DNA of 64,000 nt, taken from the NCBI GenBank assembly GCA_028534125.1, contig CM052817.1, forward strand, positions 22,322,001 through 22,386,000, read 5' to 3'. The notes under the pieces were generated by a model. That model searched no databases. It was not told the origin of the DNA and was given only the letters and a program-made list of their open reading frames with translations. The DNA comes from Lama glama (taxonomy: Eukaryota). Positions 38,381 through 48,872 of the stretch are shown here, one piece after another; within the stretch, counting starts at the first letter, position 1; every line of letters begins with the position of its first letter. A program made the translations under genes and the position numbers.

Positions 38381-38561
38381 TCTATGTTATTTTATTATTT
38401 TTTAAAGGAAGTGAATGATTAGAAAGTAGTGTAAAACAATGACAATAAGGGAGGAAATTTTTGTACAGATGTGATCTATGAGATTTAGAGAGGAGAGGCT
38501 TATTACTTTGGGTTGAAAATTTGGTTTTGAAAAAGAGAGAAGAATTAGCAAAATCATTGCC

Positions 38562-38738
38562 TGTCCTGAGGGCTGCGGGCCCCCTGCTTAGATCCCCCTT
38601 CAGGTACTCATTACACGTGCTGGGAGTGCTGGGGATGGTTGGGGTCATCTCCTTCCTCAAGTATTGCCTGTGTCTGAAGGAAGCTGCCTCGAAGGAGGTA
38701 AACCCCCGACTGGAGAGTAGCCCACAGTGACTGACTGA
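38562..38738 (+). mobile_element. LTR16-family 5' fragment
   Basis: AGATCCCCTTCAGG...GCTGGGAGTGCTG...GAAGCTGCCTCG...GCCCACAGTGACTGA blocks. Confidence 0.6.
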
Positions 38739-40524
38739 GGGCTAAGCAACTTACAGGTTAAGTAATTTACCTAAGGTCACTAAGATTCCAAATAAAAGAA
38801 TATGATCCTGTAATTACTTGAGTCAAAGTCTAAGACATTTTTCTTTTACCAGGTTTCCTCCTGTGTATTAACTTAACAGGTCAAAGTAAGTATTTTATAA
38901 GAACTGACAAATTTATGTATGCCCACTTTATGCAATCTTCAGACCCCTGTCATTTCAATCTGCTGTTATAAGTAAGTTTGCTTTAATATCTTTAACACAA
39001 ACCAGAAATATAAAAGAAACCAGTAGCAATATAAAAGAAGGAAACTATTTGACATTGAAACATGAGACTATGAATGGTATCCTGTGTTGTATATTAAATA
39101 TATGTACATCAAATGTATATATATTTTGTAGCTTAAGAATATGTGTTTCCTTGTATTGAGTATGAAATACTGTAAATCTGTGTGCCCTAGAGATGAGAAG
39201 AATCATTCTTGTTGATTCTAAGCATCTAAGCTGCACTTTATAAATAGTAGGAATCAGTGGCACTGCAATCTAGGTTTTTATGTGTCATTGGATCTTTTAT
39301 GGTTGTTGAAAGAGCTGGAATGTCTGTTGCTTGAAATATTGTGTATAACAGGAAGTATATCAGTTGTGCTTCAACTGATTCTAATAAAAAAATCTTTAGA
39401 GTATTTCTAGGCATTTAAACTAAGCTTTATTTTTCCCTCCCAGAATTTTACCCACAGTTGATTCAAGACACTTCCTTGTTAAACTCAACAACAACTAGTT
39501 AAGCTCAGTAAGGTAGTAGTTTGAGCAACTGAAACCCCATATGTTTGTTTCTTGCTGACAGAATGAATTCTGCTTCAGGGCACTAATCTATTCAAGACAC
39601 ATGTTATAATCATAGGATATTCACTGGCAATCATGATGGGAATCCCTGTTTGTAGAATTGCAGCCTTGTGCAATAGCTGCAAAGGTCACAGATGATTAAA
39701 AGAGCCAATGCCAGTGAAGGTCCTTTCAAGAACCACTTGACTAGAACTGTGCATCCAGCAGTGCCTCGCCCCTCCTTCAAGGGCACTACAGCATTGGACT
39801 ACAAGTCTATAACAAGATGTACAAAAGTCATAAAACTGCCAATCTCTCTAATCCAAGTATGGCTTCAAAGGAACATCTTCACTAGTCAAGCAGTACAATG
39901 AACACAACTTCTAAAATACTTATTACTGAAATCAATCAATTTTGGAAACAATGTATAAATCACTTATATATTTGATATACTCATTACATTAAAAAATGAA
40001 TACGTGGCAGCTCCCTCAAAAGCCTTATAACCTTTTAAGTACTCTGGAGTAGTAAAAATTGTGTTTGAAATCATGTCATAGTTAGCTATATAACCTAAGA
40101 AAATACAACATGTATCGTTGTCCTTGGAATAAAATCATGCTGATGAAAGTTTTACTCTTCTTATTTTAGAGAAGATTAAATAAATGACTGCACTATCATT
40201 GGCCTTTTAGACAATACTTATATAAATAATTGTCCTTGTTTTAATGCTGAGTTTGATTCTTATGAATACATTTCCTTAGAGGAGATACCCCATGGCATAA
40301 TTATATTAGTTACACTTTCTTTGTCAGCAGTGTTGTAGTTGCTCATATCAATCAACCGATATGTATGCAGTTTTGACCGACCTTCATAAGATTCATATTA
40401 GTTCCCATGCTGGAAATGAACATCATTCATTTATAGGCACAGATAATCATATACAATATCATAGCAAAACAAAAGTCTTAGTAATGTGATGCATTGAGTA
40501 ATACTTTTATCTAAAATGTAACAG

Positions 40525-40760
40525 AAACTAGCATTCATAGAAATGCTTACAATGCCACAGGCCCTAAATATTTTATATAAATTAATTTGATTAATCTTCA
40601 AACCAAATCTGTAAGGTGAATACTATTATTTCCCAGTTTTGTAGAAAAGATAACTAAGACTTAGAAAGGTTAAGTACGTTGCCCTAAAGACTAAGTGAAA
40701 GCTAGTAATTGGTGGAGGGTGGGTTGAAATATACAAGTCTGTTACCAGAGCCAGGTTCTT
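40525..40760 (-). mobile_element. MIR SINE
   Basis: TACTATTATTTCCCAGTTTTGTAG...AGAAAGGTTAAGTACGTTGCCC...CCAGAGCCAGG. Confidence 0.7.
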
Positions 40761-42728
40761 GATCTTGGAATCAGAGGGCTCATTTGAGTTTTGATACAGT
40801 CTCTAATGGACCTCATTGGTTCTGAGGTTCTGAGTAAAGGAAAGCAAATTTCTGACTTAAGTTTTGAAAATGTCTCTTCAGAAGACATTTTTGGAGACAG
40901 AACTACCTCAGATCAAACATAGCACTATCCTGAGAGATTTTAAATGGACAAACACTCGCCCAGATTCTAAGAAATAAATCCCTAGCTTATGCAAGGATGT
41001 GAACCCTTAAGACAACACATGTAAATGCATCTGCCTGACTGCAATAGTATTTCCAAATGATGCAATATAAATGTGTAGATATTATATCTCTTTATATTTT
41101 GACATGTCAGTTGCAGAATCCTTAAGATGCTGTGCTTTCAAGTGTTTACTTAGAAATAACAACAACTGTTACAGATCATGTAAAGTGTAAAACACAAAAT
41201 GTTTTATTTCAGTACAAGAGAGGACACCTCAATTCACACTTTGGTTAAAAAAAAAAAATGCCTGACAAACCTGTTGTTGGGACTAATCAGACCACAGACC
41301 AATTCAAACCTTAGAAGGGCTGTTTTAAAAACAGTGTTCAGGGTAGACCAACTCAAAAAGTGGGGCAGCAACGATTAGTGCCCAATAATAAAATAAGTAA
41401 TTTTTACTCAAAAAAAAAATCTTAATAGAGAAGAGATGTTGATGTCACAAGGGCTGAACATTTAAAGAAGTTTATCTGAAAGGAATGACTGAGTAGTAGA
41501 GGGGAAAATGATTGGCTTTGCTTCTGAATGAAGGTGGCCTTTAGCCTTGTTAGCTTACGCGCCACCTTTGCTTTCCTTTTGACACCATCGTTTAAGTGCC
41601 ACAAATCAAATTTGTCTGAGGGCGCTGCTTGACAGGAGTCGTAAGTAAGTGCCGGGGGCCTGGCTGCAGCTGTTGCTCTGCACAGTTGTGCTGTGTCATT
41701 TGAATTTGTGCTTCACTGCATCTTTAAAGCATCCCCTCTACGTAACCTGATTACAGTTGTACCCCGTCTGTTCACTTGATTGCCGATGCTTCAGAATCCT
41801 ACTGTTAACACAGTCCACAAATTTTAACTCCAGCAGAAATATTTTCAGAAAGAAATACTTCCAAAACCAGCCATTTCTAACAGCTCTCCTTTGATTAGGC
41901 CCCGGCATTTTATCACCAATATCCAAGCACCTCTGTCTGTGCTCTTTGTCTCCTTAAAGAACTTCTGTTCCTTGAATCACACTCTGATCGTTTCTTTTGC
42001 TTTATTCATGCTCTGCTTTTATGTACTGTTGGTAATATTTTCTTCCACAATCTTTGCATGGTCTCTTAAAGTCCCCTTTGGCATTTTCATGCAGTTCCAG
42101 GATGTATTCTCAGTGAGGCTGTCAAATTCCTTGAAGACTAAAATATTCACAAAGTATTTGAATGGTTGGCTATATAGAGGGCAAACTTGGGAAATGACTT
42201 TTTCAAGTATAGATCATCCACTTTTTCATCAACAAACACCACATGGTCTTAACTCGTATGTTTTTATGTATTACATAAATGATTCACACGTTTCACAGAG
42301 AACAATTTTTTAACCAAAAAAAAGTCATCTCTCACCCCCAATTTACCTCTTTCTTGTACTAGTATTGGCAATTCTCCCCATTACCACTCATTCTAGCAAT
42401 AACTAGCCCTTAAATTCCTGGCTTCCTCCTGCCATTTGTTCATGTCATTCTGAATTATTCTCCTCTTTAGTATGCTGAGCAGTTTAGCAATTTTTTTTTA
42501 AGCTTAAGCTCTCATTCAGATTACTTCCATCAATTCAAATAACTCACAAAATTATTTTTTCCAGACAAATAAGGTGTTCTATTTCCTGATGAAATGACAC
42601 ATCATCAAATAGCCTTTTCTTGGCAGCTAAGTATGATTGCTTGGATCATAACTTCTCCTTTTGAAGGTTTTCTTTAGTCTGTAAAGCTAAAATAATTTTT
42701 TCAAGCAGTTGGTTTTTGAAATTAGATG

Positions 42729-42749
42729 TTTCTTTTTCTCTTTTCCTCT

Positions 42750-42790
<41 letters not shown>

Positions 42791-42979
42791 CTCCTCTTCC
42801 TCTTCCTCCTCCTCTTCCTCTTCCTCTTCCTCCTCTTCCCCTTCCTCTTCCTCTTCCTCCCCTCCTTCCCCTTCTCCTTCCCCTTCTCCTTCTCCTTCTT
42901 CTTCTTCTTCTTCTTCTTCTTCTTCTTCTTCTTCTTCTTCTTCTTCTTCTTCTTCTTCTTCTCCTTCTTCTTCTTCTTC
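42729..42979. repeat. 251-nt pure polypyrimidine compound microsatellite (CCT/CTT), with 22 uninterrupted CTT units
   Basis: No A or G on + strand 42729-42979; (CTT)22 at 42895-42960. Confidence 0.97.
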
Positions 42980-43031
42980 GTTTTTTCCCCTGGTTTAACT
43001 TGCAGCTCCAGGCATTAGAAAAGCTTTGTTT

Positions 43032-43165
43032 TATTTCCTAAGATCTTTTTTTGGGGGGAGGGGGCAATTATGTTTATTTATTTATTTATTAATAGAGGTA
43101 CTGGGGATTGAACCCAGGACCTCGTGCTTGTTAAGAACACACTCTTCCGCGGAGCTACCTCTCCC
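43032..43165 (-). mobile_element. Camelid vic-1-type tRNA-derived SINE
   Basis: Minus strand GGGAGAGGTAGCTCCGCGGAAGAGTG...CACGAGGTCCTGGGTTCAATCCCCAGTACCTC then (AAAT)n; 15-bp TSD AGAAA(A/G)GCTTTGTTT at 43017-43031 and 43166-43180. Confidence 0.9.
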
Positions 43166-43379
43166 AGAAAGGCTTTGTTTCAGAATAAGAGTTTCAAAGT
43201 CTTTTTGAGGTGAAAAAGAAAGATTTAGAGATGTTAGTGACTAAGTTAAATGACATATAAATATTCAAGACAACAAAATAGGTAGAATCATTAATATCAG
43301 TTATAATGTGATTAACTGTATACTAATAGAAAAGAAATAGTCTTAGTACCTGAGTATAGCTGTATTTGCATCTGCTGTT

Positions 43380-44432
43380 TATTAATTTTCTATCTAAATG
43401 ATCTATCCAATGTTGAAAGTGGCACATTTAAGGTCCTACTATTGTTTTATTGCTGCATTTTTCCCTCCTAGTCTTTTAACATTTGCTTTAAATATTTAGT
43501 ACTCCAATGCTGTATACTTATAATTGTTGTTTATCTACGTGTATATTTATCATTATTGTATACTCTTTTCAATTGATTCCTTTATTACTATTTAGTGACT
43601 TTTCTTTGTCACTCTTGTAACTGATTTTAACTATCTTATCTAAGTATAGCCACCTTTGTTCTCTTTTGGTTACCATTTGCCTGAAACATATTTTCCCATC
43701 TCTTCACCTTCATAACTATGCGTGTCCTTAGAGTGAAAGTGAATCCCTTGTAGGCAGCATGTTGTTGGGTCTTGTGTTTTTTTCATTTGGCCATTTGTGG
43801 CTGTGATTGGATAATTTAGTTCCTTTTTATAAAAATAATTATTGGTAGATAAGGACTTATTACTACCATGTCATTACTTGTTCTCTGCTTTTTAAAAAGT
43901 TTCTATGTTACTCTCTTCCTTTCTTACTGTTTTCCTTTGTAATTTATTGTTGGTAATGGTATGTTTTAATTCCTTTCAATATATCTTTTATGTAACTACT
44001 ATAGGTTTTTCTTTGTTGTTACCCTGAGGCTTATGTAAAACATTGTATATATCGAACAGTCTATTTTAAACTAGCAACAATTTAGCTTCCACTGTATACA
44101 AAAAAATCTAGTTTTCCTTCTCCTCCTTCTACATTATATGCTATTGATGTCACACTTTACAGTTTTTTATATTGTGCATTATTAAAAATTATTGTAGTTA
44201 AAGTTATTTTTAATATTAGGGTTTTCAACTTTTATACTAGAGATAAAATTGTTTTATACACCACCATTACAGTATTAGGGTATTCTGAATTTGACTGTAT
44301 ATTTTTCTTTTTCAGTGAATTTTATACCTGAATATGTTTTCATGGTATTAATTAGCATCCTTTCATTTTGACTTGAAGAATTCCCTTTAGCATTTCTTAT
44401 AAGGCAGGTATAGTGGTTATGAACCCCCTTAT
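43380..44432 (-). mobile_element. L1M fragment: ORF1 end, inter-ORF and ORF2 endonuclease start
   Basis: GATCTATCCAATGTTGAAAGTGG, TTGGTTACCATTTGCCTG, CCCTTGTAGGCAGCAT and CCCTTTAGCATTTCTTATAAGGCAGG are antisense L1 motifs. Confidence 0.85.
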
Positions 44433-44469
44433 TTCCTACAATCTGAGAATTAATTTTGCATGATTATTT

Positions 44470-44590
44470 TAGATTTGTGAAGGTGTGTTTTATGGCCCAG
44501 AATGTGATCTATCTTGGTGAAAGTTCCATGTGAGAATGTGAGAAGTTTGTATAATCTGCTCTTGGATGAACTATTTTATGAAATACATTA
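44470..44590 (-). mobile_element. L1 ORF2 endonuclease fragment
   Basis: Minus-strand translation resembles HP..ADYTFFS..HGTFTKIDHILGHKT. Confidence 0.8.
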
Positions 44591-45132
44591 GACTCCTGGT
44601 TTCTGTTTTGACATATAAAGAGCTTAAACATTGTCAGTCCTTTCCTTACAACAAGTAGATGATCAAACTGAAAATCAAAAACTCTTAATACATACATCAA
44701 AGAATTGAAAACCCAGGGCAAACTGCTGCCTGCTCTGAAAACTGGAAAGAAAGACAGGCAGAAACAGAGAATCACAACTCATAACTTACTGGGAGCAGAA
44801 GTCCAGAAGCAAAGACTGCAGCTGGAGCAGTCTTGCTCTTAAATTGTAGTTGAGGAATTGCTGGAGGCTCCTTGTGTACTATAATGTGAGCATTATAAAT
44901 TCCAGGGTGGTCCAGTCTTGGAGAATATCAAATACTTTTGTGAATTTTACCTCCAGGAGCTCTACCAGGTTCTAATTCCAACAGAGACACATCACCTTGT
45001 GCTTCCAGCAGTGGTTGGGGAAAATAACCATTTTGAAATATGTCTACAGCTCTCCTTAACAAGACCTGTCCTACAGGGAATCTATTTTACCAGAGCTTAA
45101 CTGACTGGAGCTTTATCAAAGCCTAACTGACC
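44591..45132 (+). mobile_element. L1MD-like 5' end
   Basis: GACTCCTGGTTTCTG start (homologous to 2200-2300), GAATTGCTGGAGGCTC, TGAATTTTACCTCCAGGAGCTCTACCAGGTTCT, CAGAGCTTAACTGAC. Confidence 0.7.
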
Positions 45133-45324
45133 CATATACAAATGGGCAAAAGGATTTCTTAGCAACCAAGTTACCACTCAGGAATCTCCAAGAGCCAGTG
45201 AAGAGCTTAGGCTCAAAGCCACCCAACCCGAGGGAAAGGGAACATGGGTATTACTACACTCGTCTAGTTATTCATTGCTGTGTAACAATCTACCCCAAAA
45301 CATAGCACCCTAATAGAACCATTT

Positions 45325-45472
45325 TAGTTTTTAACAGACTTATTAAGATGTAATTAACAGACAATAAACTGCATACATTTAAAATGTATGATTTGATATA
45401 GTTTGACATATGTATATTCTGTGAAAGCATCACTACAATTAGGAAAATAAACATATTTATCACCTCCTTTTT
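45325..45472 (-). mobile_element. L1MB-like 3' end
   Basis: ACAATAAACTGCATACATTTAAAATGTATGATTTGATATAGTTTGACATATG...ATCACCTCC. Confidence 0.75.
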
Positions 45473-45499
45473 AATTTTCACAATTTAATTAACTTGTGG

Positions 45500-45892
45500 A
45501 AGATAAAGGATACAGAATGTAGGAGTAGGTAGGGGAAGACATCTAACTGTAAGACAGGTCTGACCCCTGTGAAAGGAGAGTATGAAGGAAAGAAGATTGA
45601 CTAGGAAGGTCTCTGACAGCGGTGCAGCCATGAGAAAATCCTGGTTAGCACAACAGAGGACTAAGTGCTTAGACATCTTTCAAACGGTTCCATGTGGTCT
45701 GAAATGTTGAGACCTTCTATCACCATGATGTTGAGTCATTGGAAAGGTACAATCATTCTGTTGTGCGCTAGGACACAAAAGCTGAGGCAGACCCTCAAAG
45801 CACCTGCATCTGGAGACTCTGAGTTACCTTCCCTTCTTGCGATAGGTTTCCTTACCTTCAGAAAGGCACATAATAGAACGGCCGCCCCATGA
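45500..45892 (-). mobile_element. LTR16B/E-like ERVL LTR fragment
   Basis: CAGGTCTGACCCCTGTGAAAGGAGAG...GGAAGGTCTCTGAC...GCTGAGGCAGACCCT. Confidence 0.6.
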
Positions 45893-46560
45893 AGTTTTCT
45901 ACTGTTAAGAAACAAAATTGTTATGGAAAAATACTAAATTATATCCCTTAAACAAATAGAGTGAAATATTCTCCAAAGAGTGCGACATTAAGTATTTTTA
46001 AAGTATACTAAATAATAATACTGGATTAAAGTCTTGTATTCGTCCTCATTCGCTATTTGCCCTGATTTTTCTGTATGTATATAATACTCAAAGATTTCAT
46101 AAGCCCTAGTATTACTAGAAGTAGCAATCAACATTTATTATTCTTAGGACCCTACTTATCAACCTCATTTTCTCTAAAGGGGAAATTTTGGAAACTATAT
46201 TTTTGTGTATATATTATTAACAAAATAGTTTGTGTGGTTTGTTCACTATAGTTAAGTTTTACAGCATGCTTTTCATTATCAGACCCTAAGAATTTTGTTG
46301 TAATATAGACTAGGAAAATTTTACCTTTGTAGTCATCAAAATAATTTAGCAGAGCTAAATAAAAAAATAATGTAGTTTCAATAACACTCCAAATGTGATA
46401 TTTTACAAAAGTAGTGTTGGCGTATGTAATATTTTGGGTTAAGCACAGTGTTGAGAGCACAAAAAAGTCAAGAATGAGTTCTTGAATAAGAAGTAATGTT
46501 TGTCAAATGTTCTATATTTGAAATTTAAAAGACTTACTGAAATGTTGCTTCATAGAAAAT

Positions 46561-47078
46561 TGGTAACCATGTCCAAGCTCCTCCTGCTTGCTGCTTGACA
46601 GGGCAATGAATCCAGAGGTAAGTTGTTGAAACAAGGAATAATGATCTTATTCAGAAAGCCAACAGACCAAGAAGATGGTTGACTCATGTCTCAAAGAACC
46701 ATCTTGCCTGGGTTTGGATTTAGTTTCTTTTATAGAGCAAAAGCAGAAGGAGAGTGAGGAGGTAAAGTAAAAGAGGTGATAAACTGTTGCACATGTCTCC
46801 TTGTTCTGCCAGATTCTGGCGGGGATGTGTTAATTTCTTTTTCTGCACTCATTCATAGGTGGGACTGGTCAGGATGCTTCCTGTGAGCTTAAATAAAAGT
46901 ATTTTAGCTTAATGCTCAGGCATGGGAGGCAGGGTTCCAGGGGATGGGTTGTTAGGTATACTTCAGTCTATAGGCAACATCCCTTTAGTTATTAACTTGT
47001 AGCAAAAGAATAGAATGCAGATGTTAAAGTAAAAAAAACAGATCCAACATGGAGTCAGATTTGGTCTTCCCTGTTACA
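46561..47078 (-). mobile_element. ERV1-class solo LTR (same group as 884-1334)
   Basis: TGGTAACCATGTCCAAGCTC...GGAGTCAGATTTGGTCTTCCCTGTTACA; perfect TSD AAAT (46557-46560, 47079-47082). Confidence 0.9.
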
Positions 47079-47859
47079 AAATGAATATGTACATGCACAT
47101 GTACATATATGCAGGTATATGTGCATATATGTATGTGTATGAAGTTATGTGTGTATACATTCATAAGCAGTTACAAGTTATGCATTCATTCTCCATCCCT
47201 GGAAGTTGAGCTGGTTCAAGTGAGTTGGTTCACAAATGCTGAAACAACTACAATGGTTTTTTATTAGGTCTCTAGCTGTTTTTAAGAAGGATAGAAACAT
47301 TACAAGTAAATTAGATTTTAAAAAATCATATATCTTTTCTATATTGGACTAGTTTTGAAAATGATTTATTTCCTTTTATGACTGTTCTTTAATTTTCAAT
47401 GTCTCTTTATATTTTGATTACAGTTTCTCAGGCTAATTCATGGACTCTTGAAAAGAAATACAAGATGATTTTTCTTTTATTCCTGGTTTCTGTCAAGTAG
47501 TAACTGATCTTTAAATAAATAATGAAGTGCACTGGTGGGATGACAATGGAAGAATTTAAAGAGAAAACCTCTTAACTGATTTAAGCTTTATTTTCATATG
47601 CCATTATTTTTATTAACTGTGACATACTGAATCATATTTTAAGATTTAAACTGAAAGTTAACTTAATTTTATACTAATTTTTAACATTAAAATTATTATA
47701 ACTTTATTCAAAAACACATAAATGCACAAAATTATGTAAAAAAATAATATTTTGGCCCCACAGCTTTGCAAGATATCAACAATTCGACTTAATAAATTTC
47801 AGCTTTTTTTTTTAATTGTGAAAACACACTTTTGGCCAAGTCCCTGTAACATACCTCTC

Positions 47860-48720
47860 CCACTTTATCACGAGTATCTTCAAGTTGGTGTGAATATTCT
47901 AAAATTTGATATTTATGTATAACATAAACTGTGATAAATTGTATGCATATAATATATGCATACAAAATAATATGTAGGATTCATACTGCATATTTACAAA
48001 AACCAAATAATGCATTTCTTTACCTTGATGAAACATTCTTTCCTCCTTTAACCTGATGCTTTTGAAAATTATTACTTCATCTAGCTCTAGCCATTAATCC
48101 ATTGCTGTGTAATATTCCTTTGTATGAACTAATCACATTTGTTTTTCTTTTACCAGCAAATTGAATGTTCAGGCTGTTTTAGTGTGTTCATAATTACATG
48201 TAAGTGTTACCATGGATAGTAATGGACACACCTTCTTCTGAACACGTGCAAGAGTTTCTCTATAATAAATTACTGAGCAGAAGCCTTGGTCATTCGTAAC
48301 TTTATTTCCAATTTTTCCCCAAGTTATGCTTACAGTCACAATATATTGTGTTTTATTTTTCCACTTTCCACCAGCACCTTCATGGTAGCCACCGTTTTGA
48401 ATTGGATAACCCTATAGATGTAAAATTATTTTTCAGGATTGTTTTAAATAACATTTTTTAAAGTGAATGATTAGCTTGAGAATCTTTCATTTGTTTATTG
48501 ATTATCAAGATTTCTCTCTATAGACTTTCCCATTTTTATATTGGCATGTTTTCTTATTCCTATGGATCTGTTGATGTGTTTTATACATTCTAGAGTTAAA
48601 TTCTTTGTTGCTAGGTGCATATTATATGTTTTTCAGTCTGTGTTTTGTCTTTCTGTTTGCTTACATTATCTTTATCATTAAAATTTTTCATTTTGCTGTG
48701 GACATTTTTATCAGCATTTT
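47860..48720 (-). mobile_element. L1ME-like 3' region
   Basis: GAACACGTGCAAGAGTTTCTCT, CACCAGCACCTT, CTTTCATTTGTTTATTG antisense L1 motifs. Confidence 0.6.
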
Positions 48721-48739
48721 CTTTAGGCAGCTGTGTAAA

Positions 48740-48872
48740 TATTGTTATACCCATGAAAATGTAAGCTACATGACTGAAGAATATTTGTCAGTAATGTTTA
48801 CTATTGTACCCTTAGTGCCTAGGAGAACTTAGGACAAATAGGAAGAATTGAATAAAAATGTGTTTAATTAAC
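48740..48872 (+). mobile_element. L2 3' end
   Basis: ATGTAAGCTACATGA...TTGTACCCTTAGTGCCTAGGAG...AATAAAAATGTGTT. Confidence 0.55.

Noticed and set aside
41891..42313. Longest ORF in the window (140 aa, hydrophobic)
   Set aside because: Non-ATG start, overlaps T-rich L2-like sequence, no recognisable domain or splice context.
42709..43041. Three overlapping ORFs (poly-Pro/Leu, poly-Phe, poly-Ser)
   Set aside because: Stop-free only because the pyrimidine microsatellite cannot encode stop codons.
884..47078. Related LTRs as the two ends of one provirus
   Set aside because: Opposite orientations, each with its own TSD and clearly diverged; independent solo LTRs.
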